Origin: Nitrosopumilales archaeon
GTDB taxonomy: Archaea > Thermoproteota > Nitrososphaeria > Nitrososphaerales > Nitrososphaeraceae
Direction of reading: 5' to 3'
Assembly (NCBI GenBank): GCA_044507735.1
Contig: JBIQJB010000004.1
Coordinates: 1 to 32,982, forward strand
DNA length: 32,982 nt
Of this stretch, positions 1-10,974 are shown piece after piece. The position numbers were made by a program, and so were the translations under genes. Numbering within the stretch: position 1 is the first letter of the stretch; each line of letters opens with the position of its first letter. The notes below the pieces were generated by a model. That model had not been told where the DNA came from. It did no database searches and saw only the letters and a program-made list of their open reading frames with translations.

Positions 1-960
1 AACATATATGGTCAGAATTGCTAATAACTGATCGGGATGCGACGTGTTTGCTTTTAATTGCTTGTTAATCCCAATCCTTTTATCTTGTGGTAGTGAATGA
101 ATAAAGAACCAATTTTGTAACGACTCTAAACGAGCTATCAATCAAGTATGAAGAAGCTAATTGCAACGAAGTCACGCTGAATGTCTTTCAAGCAAACTGA
201 GTTGTCAGTCAAGAGGTCCATCATCATAGGAAATTCGATGTTCCGGAAAAGTGATGGATGCTGTTCTAGGTGCCTTTCCTTGTGCTAAGAGCGAACTTGA
301 CTATAGCAACGCGATCCAGCTCATCTTCGGGTGCCTCCATGCGGCTCGTATGGTACAATGGTCAGCAGAATTTCCTGCCTTGCGTTCTCCAAGTTATCTG
401 ACTGGAATGGAAGCTCGACAGTATGCACGCTGCTAGCAAAGTTTCCCCTGATCCGTGACTTGGTTGCCGGCTTTTGCCAGTCTTTCAGCATCACCGCAGC
501 ATGCCACGATACATTCAGAATGCTGTTGTACAAATAGTACACCACAGGATTGTATCGGAGTTCTTGCAAGCTTTTGCAGGCGTGGACACATATCTGCACT
601 CCTCATATTGCATAAACTGCGGTCTTGCTGCTCTGCATGCCCTCCAGCGCGACTTACGCAAGATCCACCGGACCGCGTCGTTATCGCACGAAGATCGCCA
701 TCTTGCAGACAGCAGATAGGATAGTTTGAAGAAGCGAGTTGATTTTGTGGGCACAAACCACAATGTGTGGTATTGTCACTTTGTAGATTCGCGCACCCAC
801 ATTTGCCCAAAGGATGCGGATTGCCCCTGGAATGGCATTGTCAAAAGGGCATCTCATGAGCTATTCCAAAGACGAAAAAAAGATTGTCCGATTAGGCATG
901 AGTGCCATGCCAAGACATAAGGCAGATGAAGAACGCATAAGAGCGAGAAGGAATGTTGAC

Positions 961-1389
961 ATGAGCTTCAGGATAAACTTTGAAGAGCCGATACCGGACC
1001 TGATAGAACGACTGCAGAAGGAACACAGGCACTTTGAATCCAAGCTGGCAGAGTTAGAAGCGGCCGACACTTTCAACAAACATTCAATGGAAATCCTAGA
1101 GGAGTTGAGCGGGCCAATAGTACGTCATGCAGTAGAGGAGGAAGCAAGAATCATGAGGGTCATCTTGCACAAAGCAAAACGACAGTCAGAAGAGTCCATC
1201 AAGATTGCACAAGAACACAACTGGATTGCAGATTTCATCAGGAAGACAATGCCGATGCTTGCGTCAATGTCCCAGCAGCAAGCCATGCAAGAAGTGGCGA
1301 AGTTTGTCCAGAACCTGAGAAATCACTTCATCGAAGAAGAGCGGGTGATGTTTCCACTTGCCCTCAAAGCAGATTCTCTACAGGAATAG
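961..1389 (+). CDS. Hemerythrin/HHE cation-binding domain protein
   Basis: His/Glu ligand pattern EHRHFE...HAVEEE...EHNWI...HFIEEERVMFP. The ORF is open from 814; ATG 961 (MSFRINFEEP) gives a single-domain size, but the start is uncertain. Confidence 0.8.
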   Translation: MSFRINFEEPIPDLIERLQKEHRHFESKLAELEAADTFNKHSMEILEELSGPIVRHAVEEEARIMRVILHKAKRQSEESIKIAQEHNWIADFIRKTMPMLASMSQQQAMQEVAKFVQNLRNHFIEEERVMFPLALKADSLQE

Positions 1390-1981
1390 TCTTGGTGAAA
1401 TATCCCAGGGACGTGGCGGTATAAGGCAACAGATAGTCTCCATCTTTTTGGCATTTTCACTATTGATTCAATCTGATATCCTGTATACCATTTTGCTTCC
1501 ACCAATCACTGTTTTCTTGTACTTTGACACCTTGTTTCTTGGGATTATTTCTTCTCCTTTTGGAAATGAATCATCGGACGAAAGATATGCAGATATTTTA
1601 AACAATACCTTCCCATTGTAGCAGATTCTTGCAAATTGGAAACCGGTTGCAATCGGTATGCCCAAGGTGTCTTGAAGGTGAACAGGTCTCTGAACAGTTA
1701 GCCCAATTGTCGCGGAGATTTGCAACCATCCAATCTACTGGGATAATGATCCGTCATTTTCTAGAATGCCAATAGGCTTGGGCTAAAGCCACCTGCTGTT
1801 GAATCAAAGCACTAGATTCCTGATTGTTCTTGGGTGAGGAAACATTTAGGTAACTTGGAATGAGACCATTGTCAATTTCCTTCTCAAGATCATGTTTCTC
1901 CAAGTTACCACTGTCAATTTGCTCGACCAGCATGCAGAGGAGCGATTACCAATTGAAGACTGTGGAAAGCAAGATAGGTTC

Positions 1982-2974
1982 CTACATCGCCGGTTCAATT
2001 TCTCTGATGCTAGCCCACTTGTAGAGTAAACCATCATTACCCACACCATCGCTCCTGAAATAGACGGCAACGTTTGGTCTCCCTGTCTCTGAACCCGGCC
2101 TGTCATTCGACGCAGTGAGAGGCAATCCTGCACTTACACCAGGGGCGCAACTGCTGCTATTAACACCAAAGTTAGTACCATCGTCGACAAACTCGGCAAT
2201 CTTTGTCCATGTCCCACCGTTCAAGCCGTTTGTGGTATCAATATATGCTTCTAGCTTGACGTTTCCATTCCGGAGGTCCCTGACGATGAATTTGTATCCG
2301 ATCCATGTATTCTTTGGCATTCCACTGGACCAGATTGTTTTTTGTTCCACCTGCGCATATCCATTTGAGTTGTGATGGTTTGTTTCCTTCTCAAAGAGAA
2401 ACTGGCCGGGGTATGTCAACTGTGCTCCATAGCCTCTTGTATCACAGGCGTTCGCCTCCTCATCACCTATCGCTCCGTGATTTGTACGAGCATATGCTTG
2501 GATGCCTGCCCAATCTATGTTTGTGTCTGCCACCCGCTGTGCGTAAAGGGTTATCTCCACATTGCGCCAATCCTGCTGCCGGTTGTAAACATACATTCTC
2601 GGGGCGAACCCCGAGATCTTTAGAATACCGTCTCCTTCAGTCCGGTAGAAACCGTCACCCATGCCACCGCCGTTCTTTGAGGTTATGAACAACGGATCAC
2701 TGGGATCGTTTTCGTAATTACCAAAGGTCCTTGCTACCCCGTTGTGCCAAGTTGAAATCCACGATCTTCCACCAGTTGTTGCAGACTCATATAGTTCCCT
2801 TATTCCAAACTCGTCAAGCCTGATACTTTCAACCTCACTGGGTGGGGGGCTTACCGGCGGTTCTGTATAAAGAGAAAAGACAATGACCACTACAGATACT
2901 GTAACTCCGGCGATTGCGGCAATCACTGCGATCCACTTAATCGTCAAAGAAGGCCGATCTCTTGCTTTCACCAC
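1982..2974 (-). CDS. Membrane-anchored extracellular beta-rich hypothetical protein (possible carbohydrate-binding/ConA-like fold)
   Basis: N-terminal TM (WIAVIAAIAGVTVSVVVIVF), Pro linker, then a Trp/Tyr/Gly-rich beta domain (WRNVEITLY, WIGYKFIVRD, VKLEAYID, FRSD). The fold call is inference. Confidence 0.6.
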   Translation of the reverse strand: MVKARDRPSLTIKWIAVIAAIAGVTVSVVVIVFSLYTEPPVSPPPSEVESIRLDEFGIRELYESATTGGRSWISTWHNGVARTFGNYENDPSDPLFITSKNGGGMGDGFYRTEGDGILKISGFAPRMYVYNRQQDWRNVEITLYAQRVADTNIDWAGIQAYARTNHGAIGDEEANACDTRGYGAQLTYPGQFLFEKETNHHNSNGYAQVEQKTIWSSGMPKNTWIGYKFIVRDLRNGNVKLEAYIDTTNGLNGGTWTKIAEFVDDGTNFGVNSSSCAPGVSAGLPLTASNDRPGSETGRPNVAVYFRSDGVGNDGLLYKWASIREIEPAM

Positions 2975-3298
2975 TATTCAAGATTGCGACCATGAATATA
3001 AAGAAAAGGTGCAACAAGTGGTGGGAGATTGCCCATTTTGTGGCATTCTTTTATACACTGGTTGTAAGGCAAAGTGCGCAAGAATTGACTGCGGGCATGG
3101 TCGGCCTACTCTAAGAAATCACCCAAATGGAGACCAGCTTGCTATGGTGCAACTACGCTTTTGCTTCTATGAATATACTTTCAGATGCATCCTATGAGCG
3201 CGAATATGGGCATATGGCGCGCAGTTCCACTCATCCAACCGATTGGACAGGAGAATTGGCATCGGAACAGGTCAAAAAATAGAGAAAGGTAGCAGTAG

Positions 3299-3529
3299 TC
3301 ATGCTACCTTGTACATCATGACTTCTCTATACGGTATCGAAAGAAATACTTCTGATCCATTAAAACCATCCACGGTCGATTTTGGAATGTTGTACTCACG
3401 GCTTGCCCCTTGCATTACGGTGAAGGTGTCGCCCGATTCCGAAATGATATTTCCAATATCCATTCCGTCACTTGACCGCACGTTCTTGTGTATGACACGT
3501 TCCCAGTGCAGTATTACTGGTTCTGACAT
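3299..3529 (-). CDS. Small PRC-barrel-like protein
   Basis: VIHKNVRSSDGMDIGNI...YNIPKSTVDGFNGSEVFL matches the PRC-barrel pattern. Start placed at ATG 3529 (MSEPVILHW). Confidence 0.65.
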   Translation of the reverse strand: MSEPVILHWERVIHKNVRSSDGMDIGNIISESGDTFTVMQGASREYNIPKSTVDGFNGSEVFLSIPYREVMMYKVA

Positions 3530-3626
3530 GTCAGAATTACAATAGAGCGTTGCACTATTTAAAATTAATTGGTCACAAGGACAAATTGGTGTATAGAATA
3601 CAATAAACACAACCACTCGTGTCAAT

Positions 3627-4685
3627 TTACACTATTCTTGATACCGCCACTGTGAGATTGGGAGGGAACTTTTGTTTGGGCACAATAAGCACTCCTTTTG
3701 AGCTCAGGAGCGACGATGCTTCAGACACGCTAGGCGTCCCCTCGAACTTTTGCACCGTCTCTGAAGGGTTGGGAACGCTGACCGATGCGAGCTTGTCCTT
3801 GTCATAGATTTCGACTGGTATTCCATATTGCTTTGAAAATTCCTCCAAGCCTTTCGCTCTTGCCCCCCGATTAATGCTGGAGATGTTCCTTATGCTCCTG
3901 AATGAAAGTCCCCTTTCATTGAATACCGTCTTAACCCCGGACTCGATAACATCTTTGCTCGTGTCCCAGTGAAGGCCGATTCCAACCACGAGGGATTTAG
4001 GCCTATAGATTACCGATTTTTTCCTGACCTCTGGATCAGAAATTTCTCTGTCAGAAATGACAAGCCCCGCCTTGAACTCTGGCGATTTTATCTGATCAAT
4101 GCTACTTACAGCGACAATGTTTTTTGGGAGCGTTCCGTGCCACCAATTTTTCTCGCCCGCATCTTGGTAAACTGCGATTTTCTCTTCATTGACCATGAAT
4201 GCGCTAGTCTTAGTTACATTCTCAAAGTTCTCAATGGTCCATCCAAACTCTCTTCCAACCAGATCCACGGCAATAGTTTCGTTGACGTCTGCAGCTGTGG
4301 TTATAACAGGTTGCGACCCAAGGAAGGAAGATATCAATCGTGCGAGTTCATTTGCGCCTCCCAAGTGTCCCGATAGTGCGCTGATGACATAATTTGCTCT
4401 GTCGTCTATCACAATGACTGCGGGATCGCTCTTCTTGTCTACCAGATGGGGCGCGATCATTCTGATGACTGCGCCAAGCGAGAATATGCAGATCAGTGCG
4501 TCATGCGTTTTGAATAGGTTGCTGACGAGCTGTGTGCTCTGTTCTGAAAACCAGCTGATGTCTGTTCCGCCATCGCTGTGCTTTTCAGGGACGTAAATTT
4601 CAACTTCAGGCATTTTCTGCTTTATCCTGCGTGCTAGCTCTATCCCATGCTTTGTAATGGCAATAACAGCTGTCCTAGGCATCAT
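3627..4685 (-). CDS. cbiG: Cobalt-precorrin-5A hydrolase CbiG
   Basis: DKKSDPAVIVIDD, VISALSGHLGGANELA, PVITTAAD, LVVGIG, GTPSVSEA motifs. Confidence 0.92.
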   Translation of the reverse strand: MMPRTAVIAITKHGIELARRIKQKMPEVEIYVPEKHSDGGTDISWFSEQSTQLVSNLFKTHDALICIFSLGAVIRMIAPHLVDKKSDPAVIVIDDRANYVISALSGHLGGANELARLISSFLGSQPVITTAADVNETIAVDLVGREFGWTIENFENVTKTSAFMVNEEKIAVYQDAGEKNWWHGTLPKNIVAVSSIDQIKSPEFKAGLVISDREISDPEVRKKSVIYRPKSLVVGIGLHWDTSKDVIESGVKTVFNERGLSFRSIRNISSINRGARAKGLEEFSKQYGIPVEIYDKDKLASVSVPNPSETVQKFEGTPSVSEASSLLSSKGVLIVPKQKFPPNLTVAVSRIV

Positions 4686-4785
4686 TAGATGCAGAAAAGC
4701 AAGAGAAAATAATCTTTTGCAATTGGATAGAGATTATCACAATAATATTCATTAGTGCATGTCTTCTACTTGAGCTGAATCCCTA

Positions 4786-6291
4786 GTGAATTTGTTGGCT
4801 GTTGCAAGGACGCGCAAGGTATTGCATTTGACGATATTGTTACCCCTTGCCCTCTCTTCATTCACTCATCTGTGGAATCCAACAGGCTTTCCAGATCTCT
4901 TCTTTGACGAAGGGATCTATATGAGAAGGGCAGTGCATTTTTTAGAATATGGGACCCCTCAAGAGGCCTTTTTCCACGATCATCCATTTTTTGGTCAGAT
5001 TTTTCTTGCAGGCGCGCTAGCTGTAATTGGGTATCCGGATTCTCTGAACCCGACTAAAGATGTTCAATCCATAGAATCACTATATCTTGCGCCAAGAGTC
5101 CTGATGGGATTGCTCGCAATAATAGACACATTCTTGATATACAAGATTTCAGAAAAACGCTATGATTCCAAAGTTGCCCTCATCGCAGCAATCCTTTTTG
5201 CAGTGATGCCAGTCACCTGGTTTGTCCGGAGGATTCTGCTCGATTCCATCCTGTTGCCATTTTTCTTGACCTCTATATTATTTGCCGTCTATTTGAAAGA
5301 CTCTGACACAACCGATTATGGCAGGAATAAGCGGCGTAGATATGTGCTGATAGCATTGTCAGGCGCTTTTTTGGGATTGGCTATATTCACAAAACTTCCT
5401 ATTGTCACCTTTGTTCCACTCGTAGGTTATCTCGTTTATTCAAACGGCAGCAAAAAACTCTGGAGCATAGGCTTGTGGATAATACCAGTGGTCTTAATAC
5501 CTCTGCTATGGCCTCTTGAGAGCATTGCCACAGGGCAATTTGATCTATGGGTCAGAGATGTGCTGTGGCAGGCAAACAGAGACTCCGACAGAATAGGTGC
5601 CCTAGTAGTGCCGCTTTCGATCATCGACCCAGTCCTGCTGGCTGTTGGATCAGCAGGGATCGTTTATTCTGCAATAAAAAGAGACATACTCATATTATTG
5701 TGGCTCTTACCTTTCCTACTTTTCCTGTCATTTGTTGGGTATGTTCAATACTTTCACATAATACCGATCATACCCGTATTTTGCGTCGCTGCTGCTTTGC
5801 TGATCAACAGTTTGGCATCCAGAGCAAGGAATAATGCTGCAAAACGGAACATCGCAAGGATCGGCATACTCCTGCCAGTGGCATTATTCGGGTTTGTCAG
5901 CACGGTACTCTTGATAACCACAGATACGACATCAGCTCAACTTGAAGCGGCGGCCTTTGTTCTATCTCTCGCAGATGATGGGCATACTTCGATAATCGCA
6001 AGCCCAATTTATTCGTGGATGTACATCTATGTTTTTGATGTAGACAACACATTTCGGGACTACCTTGATGTGCTCTACTATCCAATCCAGACGGAAAAGA
6101 TTATTGTTGTATCAGATAATCATCTAGAGAATGACCTGGACATTGGGGAGAAACTTAGACAAGCATATTCCGACACACATGCGATAAGAACCTTTGAAGG
6201 CAATGTGCTGAACTATGATCTTGAACAATATCCGTATACAAGCATGAACAAGAATTACGAAGGCAGCAGAATCGAAATCAGAACAAACTAA
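4786..6291 (+). CDS. GT-C membrane glycosyltransferase (ArnT/PMT-like)
   Basis: DEGIY and DHPFFG in the first loop, many TM helices, GLAIFTK motif. Confidence 0.8.
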   Translation: MNLLAVARTRKVLHLTILLPLALSSFTHLWNPTGFPDLFFDEGIYMRRAVHFLEYGTPQEAFFHDHPFFGQIFLAGALAVIGYPDSLNPTKDVQSIESLYLAPRVLMGLLAIIDTFLIYKISEKRYDSKVALIAAILFAVMPVTWFVRRILLDSILLPFFLTSILFAVYLKDSDTTDYGRNKRRRYVLIALSGAFLGLAIFTKLPIVTFVPLVGYLVYSNGSKKLWSIGLWIIPVVLIPLLWPLESIATGQFDLWVRDVLWQANRDSDRIGALVVPLSIIDPVLLAVGSAGIVYSAIKRDILILLWLLPFLLFLSFVGYVQYFHIIPIIPVFCVAAALLINSLASRARNNAAKRNIARIGILLPVALFGFVSTVLLITTDTTSAQLEAAAFVLSLADDGHTSIIASPIYSWMYIYVFDVDNTFRDYLDVLYYPIQTEKIIVVSDNHLENDLDIGEKLRQAYSDTHAIRTFEGNVLNYDLEQYPYTSMNKNYEGSRIEIRTN

Positions 6292-6323
6292 GGTTATAAG
6301 ATAGTCATGCCAACAGAAAATTA

Positions 6324-6770
6324 TTGCCAGTTCAGCTTGACGACACCGATGTCGCAATATTGAAGTCATTGATGGAGGATGGGAGAAAATCCTTCCGTGC
6401 AATATCTCGAGAAATCAAAGTGAGCACGCCCACTGTCAAGTCCAGATATGAACGACTGCTGAACTTTGGACTCATAAGGGCAGTCAGGCCCGAAATCGAT
6501 TTTTCAAAAGTAGACAAGAAAAGCAGAGATGACCTAGGGGATACCCTGCAGACGCTAAAGAAACGTAAAAGGCATTTTCACGTATATGTAGAGGGTCTAA
6601 AAGTCAGATTACAATGCGATCTCTGCAACGGCCCCATCCACGGAAAACCCAAAGTCCTGAAATTCGCCAACATTGAGCGGTACTTTTGCTGCAACCAGTG
6701 CAGGGCATCTTACAAAGAGAAGCACGCGGGCAGGATAGAGATGCTCAAAGAGCAACATAGAAAGCACTAG
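6324..6770 (+). CDS. AsnC/Lrp-type HTH regulator with C-terminal TRASH metal-binding domain
   Basis: LDDTDVAILKSLMEDGRKSFRAISRE..VSTPTVKSR HTH; CDLCNGPI...YFCCNQC TRASH signature. Confidence 0.85.
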   Translation: MPVQLDDTDVAILKSLMEDGRKSFRAISREIKVSTPTVKSRYERLLNFGLIRAVRPEIDFSKVDKKSRDDLGDTLQTLKKRKRHFHVYVEGLKVRLQCDLCNGPIHGKPKVLKFANIERYFCCNQCRASYKEKHAGRIEMLKEQHRKH

Positions 6771-7930
6771 CCAGGGCAGTAGCTACCTATAACCCTACCA
6801 TCAAACTCGAACAGGATTACTCTTATCTGCATTCTAGGATTCTTTGCGTAATCGCTCATCTGTTCATGAACCTTCTTGCATACAAGGTCAAAATAACCCG
6901 ATACGTTGTTCTTGGTTATGATTTCTGATACATGCCGAGCGGTGTTTGCAGCCCTGATATCTTCGATTACATTAGGAGGGGCGCTGCACTCCTCTGCAAG
7001 TCTCGCCATGAAACCCATGTTAACGTGCGAGCCGGCGACATGCGTCTGTTTGATGCCCATTGCCATTTTGGTCAGTTTGCCTATGAAACCAGCGATGATC
7101 GCTTCTCGCAAGTTCCTGCTGGCACACTGCTTTATTGAATAGCCGGCAAAGTCCCCCATCTGTACAAAGCAGTGTTCGGGCAGCTTGAACAGTTCTTTTG
7201 CAAAGTCCTCGCTCCTGCCACCCGTGGTAAGGACTACAGTATCTGCACCCATTGCTATCGCAATATCCAGGCTCTGCCTTATTGAAGCGGCAAACGATGC
7301 AGTTGAATACGGAAGCACAATGCCGGTGGTGCCAAGTATTGAGATGCCGCCGAGAATCCCGAGTCGAGGGTTGTCGGTCTTTTTAGCTATTTCCTCACCC
7401 TTTGGAACAGATATTATGACATCGATGCCGCCTTTTTTCAAATATTCGCCGGCGGCTTCTCGCACTGCCTGTTCCAGCATTTTCATAGGCGTGGGGTTGA
7501 TAGCCGCCTTGCCAATAGCAAGCCCCAGCCCAGGTTTGGTGACCCTTCCGACTCCTCTGCCACCGTCAATGTTTATCTGACCTACGTTATCGTTAAGCGA
7601 TACCGTGGAGCAAATTTCCGCGCCGTGGGTTACGTCGGGGTCATCGCCGCCATCCTTTATAGCAGCGCTAGTGACCTTGCCACTGCCTTCGACTTTGGTC
7701 CACGCGATCTTGAGCGTTGCTGTCCTATTTTTTGGCAGCGACACCGTTACCTGATCGACTGGCTTGTTGCCCAGTAGTGCATAAAGTGCACCCTTTGTCG
7801 CCGCAGTGGCCGTTGTTCCTGTAGTATACCCTGTCCTAAGTGCCCCCTTCCTCTTCTTTTCCTCGATTTCTGGTGGAAGCTCTTGTTCGCTCTCTGCCAG
7901 TTCCAAATCCTTATCTTCTTCAGACATCAT
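6767..7930 (-). CDS. cbiD: Cobalt-precorrin-5B C1-methyltransferase CbiD
   Basis: LRTGYTTGT, KDGGDDPDVTHG, AINPTP, NPRLGILGGISILGTTGIV, TGGRSE, MGDF motifs. Confidence 0.95.
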   Translation of the reverse strand: MMSEEDKDLELAESEQELPPEIEEKKRKGALRTGYTTGTTATAATKGALYALLGNKPVDQVTVSLPKNRTATLKIAWTKVEGSGKVTSAAIKDGGDDPDVTHGAEICSTVSLNDNVGQINIDGGRGVGRVTKPGLGLAIGKAAINPTPMKMLEQAVREAAGEYLKKGGIDVIISVPKGEEIAKKTDNPRLGILGGISILGTTGIVLPYSTASFAASIRQSLDIAIAMGADTVVLTTGGRSEDFAKELFKLPEHCFVQMGDFAGYSIKQCASRNLREAIIAGFIGKLTKMAMGIKQTHVAGSHVNMGFMARLAEECSAPPNVIEDIRAANTARHVSEIITKNNVSGYFDLVCKKVHEQMSDYAKNPRMQIRVILFEFDGRVIGSYCPG

Positions 7931-8679
7931 TATAGCAACACCGTTCCACCGTCTATCACTATTGTATTTCCGGTAGCGAAAGCAAAATCGTCACTTGCCA
8001 CGCTTGCTGCGACCTTGGCTACTTCTGAAGGCTTACCCCATCTTTTCATCGAATTTTCCATTGCTGCCTTTTTCCTTTCTGCCACAGTCATCGATTTGAA
8101 CGTGGCGTCAGTCGAGATATTTCCAAGCGCAAGCGTATACGCCCGGATATTCTTGGTTCCATATTCCAGCGCAATATGTTTTGTAATTGCGATGACACCG
8201 GCTTTCGCAACAGTGTATGGTGCACCTTCTGTATATCCAGATATTGCTGGTGTAGAGGAGATATTTATGATGACGCCTCCTCCGCCTTTGATCATGACAG
8301 GAATGGCAGAGTTGCAGAGCCTAAGAGTCCCCTTCAGATCCACGTTGATGACGTTGTCAAACTCGTCTTCAGTAACTTCATGGAACTTCTTTGTCCAGAT
8401 TTTGCGGTCGAAAGGATATCCCGCGTTATTGACCAATATGTCAATGCGCCTATGCCTATCCGCAATGTGACGGATGAATTCTACTACACCGCCAGCGTCA
8501 GTTACATCTAGCTTTTCAGGATACGCCCTTCCCTTTATCATGCTAGCACATTTTTCCACATCCGCTAACTTGCGTGAACATACTATTACCTCGGCCCCGC
8601 GTGTGGCAAATTCCTTAGCAATCTCAAAGCCGATGCCGCGGCTGGATCCAGTGACTATGGCGACTTTTCCCTTTAGCAA
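7930..8679 (-). CDS. Short-chain dehydrogenase/reductase (FabG-like)
   Basis: TGSSRGIG, NNAG, NISS, YTVAK catalytic YxxxK, TGNTIVIDGG. Confidence 0.92.
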   Translation of the reverse strand: MLKGKVAIVTGSSRGIGFEIAKEFATRGAEVIVCSRKLADVEKCASMIKGRAYPEKLDVTDAGGVVEFIRHIADRHRRIDILVNNAGYPFDRKIWTKKFHEVTEDEFDNVINVDLKGTLRLCNSAIPVMIKGGGGVIINISSTPAISGYTEGAPYTVAKAGVIAITKHIALEYGTKNIRAYTLALGNISTDATFKSMTVAERKKAAMENSMKRWGKPSEVAKVAASVASDDFAFATGNTIVIDGGTVLL

Positions 8680-8713
8680 CTGAAAAGTCTATGTCACCGG
8701 GCCATTTTTAACA

Positions 8714-9856
8714 TTAGCTCAGAAGCGAAACCTTGTCCGTCTTTTCCCAGGTGAACCCGTCACCACTTCTTCCAAAATGGCCATACGCTGCAGTCTCGCG
8801 GTATACTGGGCGTTTCAAGTCAAGCGTCTTTATAATGCCAGCTGGCCTCATATCAAACACCTTCCTCACCCGGGACTCAATCTCCTCTTCAGGGAGCTTG
8901 CCTGTGCCAAAAGTATCAACCAATATAGAAACTGGTTCTGCCACTCCTATTGCATAAGCCACCTGCACTTCACACTTTTCCGCTAGTCCGGCAGAGACCA
9001 CGTTCTTGGCTACATATCTTGCCATGTAACATGCAGACCTGTCGACCTTTGACGGATCTTTGCCCGAGAATGCACCTCCGCCATGTCTTCCCATACCGCC
9101 ATAAGTGTCGGCGATTATCTTTCTTCCCGTAAGCCCAGTGTCCCCGGGTGGACCACCGATGACAAATCTGCCTGTTGGGTTGACTAGGAATTTTGTCCTT
9201 CCGTCAATCCAGCTGCCACAGACAGGCTTGATTATCTTGCTGATGACTTCTTCACGCAGCTGAGCCATACCAATGTCAGGAGAATGCTGTGTCGAAATGA
9301 CTACGGTGTCAATGCGCTTTGGCACGCCATCCTCATAGACTACAGAGACTTGTGACTTACCATCCGGCCTCAGCCATTCCAGCTCTTTACTCTTCCGCGC
9401 GCTTGCAAGCCTCATTGAAAGTTGATGGGCCATGGTAATTGGAAGTGGCATGAGCTCAGGCGTTTCATTTGTGGCATATCCAAACATAAGACCCTGGTCA
9501 CCTGCTCCTTGTTCTTTGTCTGAGGTAGGCGTCACGCCCATTGAAATGTCAGGACTCTGCTCATGCAATGCTGCAAGCACTGCACAAGAATCACAATCAA
9601 AACCATAATCAGGCCTGTCGTAGCCAATTTCCCGGATGGTGTCTCGAACGATCTTCTGTACGTCGACTCTGCCTCTTGATGTGACCTCACCTGCGACAAA
9701 CACAATACCGGTTGTTGTCATTGATTCGACCGCAACGCGCGAATCGGGATCTTGTCTCAGAAATTCATCCAAGACTGCGTCAGAGATCTGGTCGCACACC
9801 TTATCAGGGTGCCCTTCAGTCACGCTCTCAGAGGTGAACAGCCAACGTTTTACCAT
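8714..9856 (-). CDS. metK: S-adenosylmethionine synthetase (bacterial/eukaryotic type)
   Basis: [43 protein letters not shown]. Confidence 0.97.
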   Translation of the reverse strand: MVKRWLFTSESVTEGHPDKVCDQISDAVLDEFLRQDPDSRVAVESMTTTGIVFVAGEVTSRGRVDVQKIVRDTIREIGYDRPDYGFDCDSCAVLAALHEQSPDISMGVTPTSDKEQGAGDQGLMFGYATNETPELMPLPITMAHQLSMRLASARKSKELEWLRPDGKSQVSVVYEDGVPKRIDTVVISTQHSPDIGMAQLREEVISKIIKPVCGSWIDGRTKFLVNPTGRFVIGGPPGDTGLTGRKIIADTYGGMGRHGGGAFSGKDPSKVDRSACYMARYVAKNVVSAGLAEKCEVQVAYAIGVAEPVSILVDTFGTGKLPEEEIESRVRKVFDMRPAGIIKTLDLKRPVYRETAAYGHFGRSGDGFTWEKTDKVSLLS

Positions 9857-9884
9857 TTGTAAATCGACACCACATATGTGACTA

Positions 9885-10136
9885 CTAGAATTCTTTTTCT
9901 AGTTTGATGAAGAGGACATTGTTCCCCCTGATGACAACCTTGCCGTAGTTTGCAAGAACATCAGAGCCATTGAATTCTTCTGCATCTGTCAGGATCAAGT
10001 TCATGTACGAGTCGACATTGTTCATCCGACCCTTGTACTCAATCTCACTTTTGAGCCTGACAGCAACCTTCCTGTTTATCGCGCGCTGAAGTGTGGAGAG
10101 TGGACGCTTCGGCTGCTGTGATGAGGGTGAAGACAA
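9885..10136 (-). CDS. Sm-like archaeal protein (Lsm/SmAP)
   Basis: Sm1 [19 protein letters not shown] and Sm2 [11 protein letters not shown]. Confidence 0.92.
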   Translation of the reverse strand: MSSPSSQQPKRPLSTLQRAINRKVAVRLKSEIEYKGRMNNVDSYMNLILTDAEEFNGSDVLANYGKVVIRGNNVLFIKLEKEF

Positions 10137-10250
10137 TCTAACTAATCACTTTTCAACAAATCGAGGCTTGAATAAAAAGGTTCCTTTGCCTGCAGGTTCA
10201 TAAGCGGGCATCGCTCAAGCAATAACAGGACAAGACCATCTCGATACACC

Positions 10251-10949
10251 TTGACAATGATTTCCACAGGCTCTAAAGCATTGGATACCCTGCTTGGAGG
10301 AGGAGTACGGACAGGGATGATGACTGATGTTTATGGGCAGGCCGGTTCGGGCAAGTCGCAGCTGTGCTTCACCCTGTGTGCCAACTGCGCAAAGAATGGC
10401 GGCACTGCGATCTTTGTGGACACTGCAGGCACTTTCAGGCCTGAGCGCATTGTAGAGATCTCTGGGTCTTCCGGTGCTCTTGACAGGATCACTTTTGTAA
10501 GGGCACTCAATACATACGATCAGGAAAATGCAGTAAAAAAGATAGCAGAAATTGTCCCCCAACTTGTTGTAGTTGACAGCGTGACGTCATTGTTTTCAGC
10601 AGAATATTCTGGCCCCGCACGACACCTTGCTGTGATGAAGCACCTACATGAGCTGGGCCTTGCGGCCATAAACGTTGACTGTGCAGTTGTAGTTACAAAC
10701 ATGGTTAGAAACATCCCGCAAACCACAGTCGACCAATCTGGACGCAACATTGCACAGACCAATATCTCGTCACGGCAACGAGAATATCTTGGAAGCTCGG
10801 TCTCTATTTATTCCCACATAAAAATAAAACTAGAGATAGTGAATCTTGCTAGATCACTGTTTCAAGCTACACTCATTCAGCCTGCAGACAAACAGCAACA
10901 ACATGTCCCATTTACCATAACTACGCGCGGCATTTCAGATATTTCTTGA
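10251..10949 (+). CDS. RadA paralog (RadB/Rad51-like ATPase lacking the N-terminal domain)
   Basis: ISTGSKALDTLLGGG, Walker A GQAGSGKS, FVDTAGTFRPERI, Walker B LVVVDS, VVTN. Confidence 0.85.
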   Translation: MTMISTGSKALDTLLGGGVRTGMMTDVYGQAGSGKSQLCFTLCANCAKNGGTAIFVDTAGTFRPERIVEISGSSGALDRITFVRALNTYDQENAVKKIAEIVPQLVVVDSVTSLFSAEYSGPARHLAVMKHLHELGLAAINVDCAVVVTNMVRNIPQTTVDQSGRNIAQTNISSRQREYLGSSVSIYSHIKIKLEIVNLARSLFQATLIQPADKQQQHVPFTITTRGISDIS

Positions 10950-10974
10950 CTAAAAATTTATACCTGTATCCCTA

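Noticed and set aside
7883-8470. 195-aa antisense ORF over the SDR gene
   Set aside because: Antisense open frames are common on SDR genes; no independent motif.
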